This document shows positions 1 through 9,256 of a stretch of DNA of 64,000 nucleotides, piece after piece; position 1 is the stretch's first letter, and every line of letters starts with the position of its first letter. This DNA is from an uncultured Verrucomicrobiae bacterium (lineage in GTDB: Bacteria > Verrucomicrobiota > Verrucomicrobiia > Chthoniobacterales > Terrimicrobiaceae), in assembly GCA_963706955.1 (NCBI GenBank), contig CAVPOC010000008.1, positions 160,001-224,000 on the forward strand, read 5' to 3'. The notes under the pieces are model-generated. The model was not told the origin of the DNA, ran no database searches, and worked only from the letters and a program-made list of their open reading frames with translations. The position numbers were made by a program, and so were the translations under genes.

Positions 1-735
1 GTCAGTCTGCGAGCCCGCAAGGCCATCAATCGCTTCCTGGAGAGCGAGCACTTCCCGATCGAGCCGATCTCCGCGACGTTCTATGCACAGGACATCGCCG
101 TGCGACGCATCCTTGTAAGCAACGAATTCGCGAGCGTAGAGGTCCGAGATGAGTGACTTGGTTTTCTCCCGTTCTGCGTTTCTCGGATGCAGCTCCATCA
201 CGATTTTTCGGACCGTTCGCAGATCAATCTCCGAGAACAGTTCGAATTCCCCGCCTTCGATGTCTATCACGAGCACGCTGGGCTGGATCCGCGCGATTTC
301 TGCATTCAACAGTTTCGCAGGCACCCTCACCGCCCTCGTCCGCTCACCCCGCGAGGTGAGCGACGACTTCAGAAAGGTCTCTTCGAGGTAAAAGGTGCGC
401 TCGCCGCCCTGATGGGCCAGGACACAGATTTCTAGATGCGGAGAAACCCCATTCAGCTCGTATGTGTCCCGTATCACCGCCTCCAGCTCTGGGTTTGCCT
501 CGAACGCATAAATGTTTTCTGAACCTACCACCTTTGCACAATGCGAAGACAAAAAACCGATGCCTGCCCCGATCTCCATCACGACGTCTGTTGGTGCCAG
601 GATGGCAGACAAGCCTCGCATCTCCTCCTGCTCATAATTTCCGGACAGGATGCGTTCCCTAATGTTTTGGGTAAGATGCTCACCGAGCCGAAGTCTGACG
701 CCGGAAACCTCGGCGACTGTGCCTGTCACGGCCAT
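1..735 (-). CDS. FkbM family methyltransferase (3' end runs off the window)
   Basis: Not in the ORF track because no stop lies in the window. Manual translation from ATG 735 gives MAVTGTVAEVSGVRLRLGEHL...VMEIGAGIGF...YAFEANP...VLVIDIEGGEFELF...IVMELHP: SAM motif I plus the FkbM DIEGxE motif. Confidence 0.85.
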   Translation of the reverse strand, partial: MAVTGTVAEVSGVRLRLGEHLTQNIRERILSGNYEQEEMRGLSAILAPTDVVMEIGAGIGFLSSHCAKVVGSENIYAFEANPELEAVIRDTYELNGVSPHLEICVLAHQGGERTFYLEETFLKSSLTSRGERTRAVRVPAKLLNAEIARIQPSVLVIDIEGGEFELFSEIDLRTVRKIVMELHPRNAEREKTKSLISDLYAREFVAYKDASHGDVLCIERRGDRLDREVLALQEAIDGLAGSQTD

Positions 736-1101
736 GATGATTGAATGTTGGTCGGTAACTGATAGGACTGATACGAAAGCGCTTTGGCCCTCCGGTGCGT
801 TGCCGGGAGTTTAAAGCCGCAAGCGTGCGTTTGGCCGCAGAGTGGCAAAAGTGGGGCTGGAAGTCAAACCACAGGCCGCTGGAGTGCAGGGGTGCTGAAC
901 GCGGAGGAACCGAGCACCACTACTTCCGTAGCGAGGTGAAGCCGAGCCACAATTCGAGACCAAACCCGTACCAGTAGCAGGAGAATTAAATACCCATCAA
1001 CGATCCCGAAATTGACCTATCTGTTAGTTTTGACAGTATCGGAGGCTTCCAGCGTCTTTTTTAATGGTCGCCGTAACTAATCTGAGGATAGGAAGAACCA
1101 A

Positions 1102-1536
1102 GTGAAACGAATCTTCTTCATAATGATCGGTGCCACAGCGTTGTTGACGTTGATGGCTGGGTGCACCACCACGACGACCAGTACACAGGACGAAGCGAGG
1201 AGCATGCTCGTAGCCTCCGGCTTTAAGATGATTACCCCCAAGAACGCCGCGCAACAGCAAAGGCTCCAACAACTTCAAACTGGCCAGGTAGCCACGATCC
1301 AGAAAGACGGGAAGACCTACTACATCGTCGCGGACCCGCCTCGGAACGTGGTCTATGTGGGTGGACCTACTGAGTATCAGGCTTATCAACACCTTCGCGC
1401 TCAAAGGCACCTTGCGCAAGAGAAGGCCGAAACTGCTGACATGTATGAGGACGCGGCGATGGACTGGGGTAGATGGGGTGGCTGGGGGCTTGGCTGGGGA
1501 AGAATGGGTTACGGACCACGCGTTGGGATTTATTAA
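1102..1536 (+). CDS. Hypothetical lipoprotein with W/G-rich C-terminus
   Basis: Signal peptide ending in lipobox LMAGC; purine-rich RBS upstream of GTG. Confidence 0.75.
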   Translation: MKRIFFIMIGATALLTLMAGCTTTTTSTQDEARSMLVASGFKMITPKNAAQQQRLQQLQTGQVATIQKDGKTYYIVADPPRNVVYVGGPTEYQAYQHLRAQRHLAQEKAETADMYEDAAMDWGRWGGWGLGWGRMGYGPRVGIY

Positions 1537-2054
1537 ATATGGCGTCATGCGATCGGCTCCAAAACTTTGCGTGGCCGATCGCCTAGCCAATCGCTTTCGT
1601 TCCTTTACACCACAGGCGGCCGAAAGGTAGTGCCTCACTGATCAGATCCCCCACGCTGCGTTTATCTTGTGTGAGCGGACTCGTAGGCGGGCGATGGAAT
1701 GAACAGCGGTCATGGGGCCATTCGCCGCATCGTCTGGTTAGGTCTATTGGTCAGTTCTCGCCTCGGCGGAGAACTCCAACGGTCACGCCGCTGTTCTAGT
1801 AAAGCCGGAATGCGCTTCATGCATCTAAAACTACGACTGAGCGACGCGCAGTAGTCCATTCGCTCGAGGCGGCTAGTTCCGCGTGATTCGTTCGGTTCGT
1901 GAGTCTCAGAAGAAATCTCCCCTGAGAAGCTTGCCGTTGACTATCCAGTATGGCGTCGTCGCTTGATCATGATCGACGCCGGATACCTGTCTTATGGCGC
2001 TTGTGAGCGACAACTCGCCGTCGCGCAGAAATGCGAAGGGGCGTCAAGAAGTCC

Positions 2055-2300
2055 CTAGCGCGGCAGGTTGGACGATGCAATAATAGCAACAATCGAGACG
2101 ATGATCGTCCATTTCACGATCTGCACATCGCGGGCGTCTTCGCGATGCTGAAGCTCCTCTTGAGCCAGCTCTTTTTTGTATTCAGTTCCCATGGCCCTAA
2201 CGTTTAACAATTCAGTGTCGCTTCTCTGAGCCATTTCTCGCCGCTCTTTGTCGTAGACTTCGGCGGGGTCTCGGTCAGGGGTGCTCAAACAAGACGACAT
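2055..2300 (-). CDS. Small hypothetical protein (charged helix plus C-terminal TM segment)
   Basis: KKELAQEELQHRE followed by WTIIVSIVAIIA; start uncertain. Confidence 0.3.
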   Translation of the reverse strand: MSSCLSTPDRDPAEVYDKERREMAQRSDTELLNVRAMGTEYKKELAQEELQHREDARDVQIVKWTIIVSIVAIIASSNLPR

Positions 2301-2479
2301 TGCTGAGAATGGCGCGATGTCGTCATTGAAAATGTGACGAGAGCGTCAATTTTGCAATTGAATGACCTTCCCCAAGGAGTCCTCAAAGCGTCTCGCTTAA
2401 TCCTTGGCTTGCTCCCCCGGCTGGTGTGTTACCGTGTCGGTGCCGCTTCGTCCCCCCAAGTATTTCCTTACGCCGGCGG

Positions 2480-2720
2480 CTGGGTGACCTGAATCCCAGA
2501 GCAGATTTTTGAAGGGGCATCGGGCAGTTTGCAGCCTTTAGAGCCGGGACGAGCTCGTCCCGAATTCGCGGGACGAAGCCGTTCTTCACCTTCGCAACGA
2601 AAATGAACTTTTCATTCTCACATACGCCCACGAGCAACGCATCGAACCCGCGTGCTCCGGGGATGTAGCCGGCCATGACGAACTCCTGTTCCAGATTCGC
2701 GCGTTGCTTGATCCACGCGC
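2480..2720 (-). pseudogene. ATP-dependent DNA ligase (LigD-type) OB-domain fragment
   Basis: Reads AWIKQRANLEQEFVMAGYIPGARGFDALLVGV...FVAKVKNGF, then decays; the adenylation domain is absent. Confidence 0.75.
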
Positions 2721-2856
2721 TGTCCCGCTTAGTCCAACAGAAGGGTCGCCATGCGGGCTGGATCAGCCCCTCCTAGAATTTACCATTTGTTGCCAGCCAC
2801 CACGTCGGATACCCTCTTATTCGTTACGCCTTCGGAGGAACGGAAGGAGATTGACG

Positions 2857-4540
2857 ATGCGCACTTTCTCACCGGAACCGAAAGCAAATCAGCAGACTAC
2901 GTCTGCCAAGTCTACTACGCCCAGTCGGGCACACTTTGGACAAAGCCCTGAGGTGAACTCGATCCTTCATTTACAGCGCACGATTGGAAATCAAGCCGCG
3001 CAGCGGATGTTGCAGACTCACGCTGAAAAACCCAATGCCGGGACCACGGCGCTGTCGCCTCGTTTCGGACACGATTTTAGCAGGATTTCCATCCATTCTT
3101 CGCCCACAGGAGTGATACGGGGGAAACTGGTGATCAACGAGCCTAGAGACAAATACGAACAAGAAGCTAACTATGTCTCCGAACAGGTGATGCGCATGCC
3201 GGAGCCGCAGCGACAGTGTGCCTGTGGCGGAACGTGCCCCAAGTGTCAGACCCAGCAGCTGGTTCAGGAACATGAGCGCTTGCGGACAAAGCGCGTCGGG
3301 TCCGACGACCTGGGACAAACGGCAGCACCGCCCATTATCAGCGATGTGCTGCGCTCCTTCGGCCAACCGCTCGATGCGGCAACGCGAGCGTACTTCGAGC
3401 CGCGCTTCGGGCACGACTTCAGTGGCGTGCGCGTTCATACGAACCCTAGAGCGGCAGACTCAGTGCGATCCGTCGGTGCTCTGGCATACACGGTTGGGCC
3501 CAACGTGGTATTCAGCGCGGGCCGCTACGACCCGAGCTCCACCGCGGGCCGGCAGCTGCTCGCGCACGAGCTCACCCACGTGCGGCAGCAGGCCGCGGCC
3601 AGGCCGACCGGACCGCTGGAGGTCGTCGACAACGCAGCAGCCGAAGCCGAGGCGGACGCGTCCCCGCGCACGGTCGCGCATCGCATGCCCGTCGCCGTGC
3701 AGCGCCAGCCCGACCACTCGCGCCTGCTGCCGGAGGCCCGACTTCGCCCGCCGCCGGCGCCGCTGCTGGTTCCGCCCGGCTCGATCCGCGAGACGTACGT
3801 CCTCCCGGCCCCGCCCGACATCCAGCTTCGGACGCCGGCGATCGGCGTGCCAACGGAGAAGCACCCGGACGTCCTGTCCGGGCGGCTACAGCGACCGACC
3901 CCGACGATCATCAAGCCGGTGCCGCGCTGCCTCCCGGACCAGCCGCTCAAGTGGAGCGACTTTACGCCCGGCTCCGTGGGAGGGTTCGGGGCCAAGACCG
4001 TGGCGCCGGTCGTGGAGGAGAACGTCCAGGGAAACATGATGTTCCGAGTGGTCATGGACCACGCGGCTTCGAAGGTGTTGCCCAAGCTTCTGGCGGCGGC
4101 CGACCGCACGAAGAACGGATGCGCGACGGACGTGGCGGCGTGCAAGCAGGTGTTCAGGGGCGGCGGCTTCGGCGATTTCCGGCGCACGCCGCCCCAGAAT
4201 TGTGACGCCGCGGAGTTCACCAAGTCGACCGCCACCAACGCGGGCGAGTGCGAGAGCGTCATCGGCGCGGACTGCGACCGCGACGCTGTCGCCGAGGCGG
4301 CGCGCCTGCTCCGCCACGAGCAGGGCCACTTCGACCTCACCTGCAAGCTCGTCGGGCGCGCCGACGACGCGTTGGCCGCGGGACGGCCCTTCGCGACCGT
4401 CAAGCAGTGGCTGAACACGAACAACAACGCGCAGCAACAGCAGTACCGAAAACGACACGATGAACGGCTGCGTCGCGAGCGAGCAGGCGAAGTGGCAGAC
4501 GGCAATCGCGGGCGGCCTGAAGGCGGTGCCGGGGCCGTGA
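2857..4540 (+). CDS. DUF4157 (eCIS core) protein fused to a DUF922-like Zn-peptidase domain; probable frameshift near 4447
   Basis: DUF4157 signature GQPLD...FGHDFSGVRVHT...LLAHELTHVRQQ; C-terminal LKWSDF...LLRHEQGHFDL. Removing one base at ~4447 gives YENDTMNG...QAKWQTAIAGGL and a TGA at 4538-4540. GGAG upstream of ATG 2857. Confidence 0.75.
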
Positions 4541-4623
4541 CCTGGCGAGGTCGCGCAGACGTCACTTGGTCCTGCCGAGCCGCGCACATAATCGATAGCG
4601 GTCGATGGAGATTACGTGGCGGA

Positions 4624-4718
4624 CCCTCAGATGTGACTACCAATACGCCATCAGCATCCTCGATTACGTGTTGATTGGTAAGAAGGAAACCTTCGGGATG
4701 AACAAAAACACCTGCATG
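4624..4718 (-). pseudogene. Trypsin-like (HtrA/DegP) serine protease fragment
   Basis: AGVFVHPEGFLLTNQHVIEDADGVLVVTSEG contains the LTNxHV catalytic-His motif; it abuts a TIR element. Confidence 0.55.
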
Positions 4719-4726
4719 GGAACGGA

Positions 4727-4925
4727 TGGGGTCGGTCCTATAATTTACATGTTGCGGCGGCTTAGCTTGCATGCTCTCCTTAGCTCAGAACGGGAAGCGA
4801 TGAGGCGATCGATTGCCTTCGTTGCTAATTGCTCCTGCAAACACCAGGCTCGACTTCGTAGCGATCTCACGACAGTCATCGAATCTTGTCGAAGGATAAA
4901 GATGTGTATTATAGGACTGACCCCA
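4727..4925. mobile_element. MITE-like TIR element, copy 1
   Basis: Left end TGGGGTCGGTCCTATAATTTACAT; right end reverse complement TGGGGTCAGTCCTATAATACACAT. Interior homologous to 6909-7109 and 7239-7484. Confidence 0.7.
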
Positions 4926-4973
4926 CGCCGACCCCGCTTGCGCCGTTGACCGGGAGGTTTTAGGAGCTCAATG

Positions 4974-5040
4974 GCCTACTGCTTGGTCGAGCGGCCAGTG
5001 TGCCCCGCCGTTGAATGCCCGCTCGATGGAGAGGTTAGGC
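4974..5040 (-). other. Degenerate integron attC site
   Basis: Minus strand: GCCTAAC (contains the ASCH stop codon) ... TCGAGCGG ... CCGCTCGA ... GTAGGC (R' one base short of GTTAGGC). Confidence 0.55.
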
Positions 5041-5523
5041 AGCCCTTTCGGGTGGGGCTCCGCGGTAGATGACCTCGAAACGCTCGCAGACGATTGGCAT
5101 TCTCGGGCTTGGCACTCTTCTAATACGTTTGCATACTCTTCCGAAGTACGCCCAATGGACTTCGCGCCAATAGCGCAATGATCCATCGCCTTCGCCTTCG
5201 ATAGCGGCAAACTCCTCACTGACTTCCTCGAAGGGAACAGTCGCCACCGCCTTGGTTTCGATGACACACAGCGGCTCACCTTGCCAGTTGGTCACGACGC
5301 TAAGGTCGCTGGGCTTGGGAGGTGGCCTGTTTTCCGCTTCGAAGGACCAGGCCAACCCAGCAGTCGCTCGCTTCGTTCCGACAAGAACGAGCCGTGCGAG
5401 CTCATTTGCAGCTGGTTCGTTGTCGTCGAAGTGGAAGGCCTCGTAGAAGCGGGCTTGAACATCACCTCCGACGATGGCTTGAAACTCGAGCCAGAAGGGC
5501 TGAATGGAGTGGGGGATGGTCAC
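5035..5523 (-). CDS. ASCH domain protein
   Basis: GTKRATA (GxKxxT motif), AAIEGEGDGSLRYWREVHWAYF; probable GTG start at 5523. Confidence 0.85.
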   Translation of the reverse strand: MTIPHSIQPFWLEFQAIVGGDVQARFYEAFHFDDNEPAANELARLVLVGTKRATAGLAWSFEAENRPPPKPSDLSVVTNWQGEPLCVIETKAVATVPFEEVSEEFAAIEGEGDGSLRYWREVHWAYFGRVCKRIRRVPSPRMPIVCERFEVIYRGAPPERAA

Positions 5524-6285
5524 TAGGCTCTCGGTTGCAGCGCGTGGCTGAGCAGCAGTGTCAGCCCAGGCATTGTGTTCCTCGCACCAGTGGCGCAAGA
5601 ATATGATTTGCGCAACCTGGACGCCCTCGAGCGACGCTAGCTAGAAAAGGCATTTACGAGCATGCTCGTAATAATTTCCGCGATCATGACAACGTTGCGG
5701 CCCCAAATCAGGACGTTTAGGGCGGCTAGGAAAGCAACTAGAGTGTTCATAGAGTGTTTATTGGGTAGAACGGTTTTTGCGGGCTGGGGTTTCCGGTTAT
5801 TTCGGAGATCGCCTCGAACGGAAAGACCCGCCTCGGACACGCAGAATCCATTGACCTTCACGGCTGCAGTGATTAGCTCGTATGCTCCGTGGAACAACGT
5901 CGCCCCTTCCGACGCCAGCCAACCGATCACAATTTCGGCTCGTCCTTGATGCTCGCCGTTACGGCCTCAGAACCGGCTAGTTCCACGTTTTACTACAAGC
6001 GCGGTGTTGGCCTGGCGGGCTCGGACGCCCGTCCTCGGCATTAAAGAGGTCCGCGAGAAGTCCGAGGGCGAGAAAGCCTGCGGTCAAGGATTTGATCGAC
6101 CACTTCTCGCAGCAGGCCCTTAGAGGCATATTCCGACCGCACGAGAAAGGATGTCTTGGCGTTTCCTCACAAGTCCCCAACATTAATAGGAGCGGCAAAA
6201 ATTCTGGCCAGAAATCCCGAAACTGCGCGTGAGTAAGGATTCGCTTTTAGAGCGCCACCGAAAGAGCTAAGAGCATCGTAATCCT

Positions 6286-6822
6286 GTGCGAACCTCGAGA
6301 GTGTTGGTCTTTGTGGATGAATCCAACGTCGTCAGCTCAGTGCGGCCACTCGGTCGAAAACTAGACTGGCTAAAGCTCCGCGATCACCTCGCGAGTGCCG
6401 ATCGGGGACGGGAATTAATCGAGATGGTCATCTACGCTGGGTTACCTCCTCCAATACCCGACTGGCAAACCGAACGAGATAAGAAGAACAAGTTCCTGCA
6501 TTGGCTTCGCTCCAACGGATTCCTCGTAGTGGCGAAAGATGGCTCGCCCGGAGATGGCAAACATTACAAGGCAAACGTCGACGTCTTGATGGCGATCGAT
6601 GCAGTCGAGCTTTCCGTCGAGATGCGTCCCGACGTCGTCGTTCTGGTGACGGGCGATGCTGATTTTGCACACCTAGCTTTGCAGCTCCGGCGGCGTGGGA
6701 TTCGAGTGGAAGTGGCTGCGACCGCTCAGACGCTGGGCACTGGATTGAAGGGCGCAGCAAATGAGGTGATCGACCTGGTTCCTCTGTTTGAAACATTTGA
6801 GCCAATGACACCCGCCGATTAG
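6286..6822 (+). CDS. NYN (LabA/DUF88) PIN-fold nuclease
   Basis: FVDESN, KANVDVLMAID and LVTGDADF...LRRRGIRV motifs. Confidence 0.9.
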   Translation: MRTSRVLVFVDESNVVSSVRPLGRKLDWLKLRDHLASADRGRELIEMVIYAGLPPPIPDWQTERDKKNKFLHWLRSNGFLVVAKDGSPGDGKHYKANVDVLMAIDAVELSVEMRPDVVVLVTGDADFAHLALQLRRRGIRVEVAATAQTLGTGLKGAANEVIDLVPLFETFEPMTPAD

Positions 6823-6908
6823 GCGAGCGTTTCAAGAACTCGCTCGACGTTGTGAAGGTCCAGGAAACTCGGCATTGTGCCAGCTTTACCCGGAACTCTG
6901 CGAGCAGA

Positions 6909-7109
6909 TGGGGTCGGTCCTATAATTTAAACATGCGGCACGGCTTAGCCTGCATGCTCTTTAACTTTTCAGGACAGCGGTGGGAATCGATCGTCTTCGT
7001 CACAATCGCTCCTGCAAACCTGCCGACGCCAAATTCGGCTTCGCAGCGATCTCTCGGGTAGCCAACTACTGCCATCTGTATAAGGATGTGTATTATAGGA
7101 CTGACCCCT
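6909..7109. mobile_element. MITE-like TIR element, copy 2
   Basis: TGGGGTCGGTCCTATAAT ... ATTATAGGACTGACCCC; shares internal blocks (GCTTAGCYTGCATGCTCT, GCTCCTGCAAAC, TTCGYAGCGATCTC) with copy 1. Confidence 0.7.
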
Positions 7110-7238
7110 TGCCTGACCTCTACAGCGGCTGATCTATCTACGCCATAGGAGGAGCCTTCGTGGGGCAGGTTGCCGGACCAGTGTTTGCAGAGTAGGCCCC
7201 GCAAAAAGAAAACGTCGACAGATGGTTGCAACGGCGGA

Positions 7239-7484
7239 TGGGGTTGGCCCTATAATGCATGTAGCAGCGCGGAAGCTTGCATGCTCTTACTAGCTCACTC
7301 ACGGGAAGCCATTAGGCGCTTAATTGCTTTCGTTGCTAATCGCTCCTGGGAAACGCCAGGCTCCATATCGGCTACCGCTCTCCCACTCTTTCAACCTCAG
7401 TTCGACATTCCTGCAAACTCAGGGCGCGGATTTCCTGTCAACACACAGTGTTCTTGCGAGATGCATTTTATAGGACTGACCCCA
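7239..7484. mobile_element. MITE-like TIR element, copy 3
   Basis: TGGGGTTGGCCCTATAATGCAT ... TTTATAGGACTGACCCCA; internal CGGGAAGC and TTCGTTGCTAATYGCTCCTG shared with copy 1. Confidence 0.65.
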
Positions 7485-7588
7485 CCGTGCGCACCCGGGC
7501 TTGCGGACGCTAAGCATCGCGGTTTGCGAGACCGTGGAACTCATCAAGGGCATAGCTGCGAGACGAACCAGTGCTGCTGGGTCGTCAG

Positions 7589-8824
7589 TTACGAGCGTCG
7601 ACGCGCCAGCACCTGGAGAATACAAAGCTGCAAGACGATCATGGCGGCCACGCCCAGCGTGGGAACGATAAGCCCGAGGCGTAGGTCGGCGGTTTGTCCT
7701 GAGACGAATCCCACCGACCAAGGAATAAGCGCCCCGCCGAGCCCGCCCAAGACGAAGAAAGATCCGGTTAATTCGGAGCTCTGTGCGCCGAAATAGCGCG
7801 TGAAGATGGCGAACGTCGTGGGAAAGATCGCGGCCAATCCCAAGCCGGTCAGGCCGACACCAAGCGTGACACTTACCAGATTACTAGCAAAGAGGATGAT
7901 CAGCAGGCCGGCGCCGCCCACAAAGAGGCTAACCAACACCAGGGTCGCCTCGCTCATCAGAGTTAACACCGCCGGCGCGATAGCCCTCCCGATCAACAAT
8001 CCCAACCAGAAGACGGACGGCGTCATGGTCCCGAACTCGTTTGTTGGTGCGCCGAGACGCTGCGCATAAGTGGCGATCCACCCGCTGGTGGCGGTCTCCG
8101 TTCCCACATAGACGAAGACCAGCGCGCCGGTCAGCAACGAATAAAGACTCCTCCAACTACGCCGAGCAGATCCGTCAAGGTGCGGCGGATCCTTGCGGTC
8201 CGGGGCCCGCAGATCCAATCCAGAGGGCGAATCCACAAGGGCGCGCCACGCAATCACCATGGCCACACCAAGCAGCATGATAGCCAGGCCACCCAATGGT
8301 CGAACCAGACCTCCGTCGCGCGCAAGGAGGGTAATCATGGGCGGACCCGCGACCGCGCCCAATGCCCAGGCAAAGCCCAGGACGTTCAGCGCCATCGCGC
8401 GACGGTCCGCATACACTTCGGCCACGAGCAGACTCATGACAGGGCCCATCAACCCGAGGGTGAAGCCGAAGCAAAAAACCGATAGCAGACCAATCGCCCA
8501 GGAACTGACGCCCAGACAAACAACGGCCGCTGCGGTCGCCGCATAACCATAGGTCAGCACCCGCAGGAGGCCAAAGCGAGCAATCATGCGGCCCGATAAG
8601 GCTGAACCGATGATCCCGCCCGAGAATTGCGCCACAAATAACCAACTCACTTCCGCGTCACCAACCTGCCATCTCGCCGCCAGCATCGGCAGAATCGGCC
8701 CCAGCAGGGTGCCGACGACTCCAACCAGAAGGAAACCGAAATGCATCAAGAGCGCGAACTGCTTGCCGCGCCGCGCTGAACAGGCCGTAGCCTCTCCGAT
8801 TAATAGTGAATGGTTCTCCCCCAT
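7589..8824 (-). CDS. MFS transporter (fucose permease/TsgA-like)
   Basis: About 12 hydrophobic segments, motif A-like SGRMIARFG, FVYVGTE...SGWIATY. Confidence 0.85.
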   Translation of the reverse strand: MGENHSLLIGEATACSARRGKQFALLMHFGFLLVGVVGTLLGPILPMLAARWQVGDAEVSWLFVAQFSGGIIGSALSGRMIARFGLLRVLTYGYAATAAAVVCLGVSSWAIGLLSVFCFGFTLGLMGPVMSLLVAEVYADRRAMALNVLGFAWALGAVAGPPMITLLARDGGLVRPLGGLAIMLLGVAMVIAWRALVDSPSGLDLRAPDRKDPPHLDGSARRSWRSLYSLLTGALVFVYVGTETATSGWIATYAQRLGAPTNEFGTMTPSVFWLGLLIGRAIAPAVLTLMSEATLVLVSLFVGGAGLLIILFASNLVSVTLGVGLTGLGLAAIFPTTFAIFTRYFGAQSSELTGSFFVLGGLGGALIPWSVGFVSGQTADLRLGLIVPTLGVAAMIVLQLCILQVLARRRS

Positions 8825-9256
8825 GGCGACGTCTGCAATGGCACAGGAGACCGAAGAAAGCAAATGAGGGGATGCAGCCAGGGCGTCGGTGCCAGATTAG
8901 CCCAAAGGCGAAGAACGCCCACCTTTCGTCGCCCTTGTGCTACATCCACAACGCTTTTGCGCCGAGCGTATGCCTGGTCTGCCCAAAGCTATGTTATTTG
9001 CAGATCTCCCAATCATCAAAGATCTGGATTGGTGAGCCGTCGCGCTGAACGAAGAAGAGCGCACACAGCCAAATACAAAGAAATTGAGCCAACGCTGCTT
9101 CTCGTTGCAAGCACGCGGAGACGCAATGGTAAATGGACGACCCCTTTTGCCATTTCGATCACCTTCCGCGCCGGCTGCGGCATCGGTGGCTCCGGAATAT
9201 CCGGAGGGGATTTGACCGGGTTCAGCTCCTTGCTGATCTTTGGTCAATTGCCCACG

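Noticed and set aside
3525..4772. 415-aa minus-strand ORF and other long overlapping ORFs
   Set aside because: Antisense shadows of a GC-rich gene; only the short HtrA-like segment looks real.
5035..6822. ASCH + NYN as a joint defence operon
   Set aside because: Divergent, ~760 bp apart, and the ASCH gene has its own cassette-like end.
8810..9256. N-terminal extension of DinB
   Set aside because: Non-protein-like composition, overlaps the divergent MFS start, and DinB motifs begin after ATG 9257.
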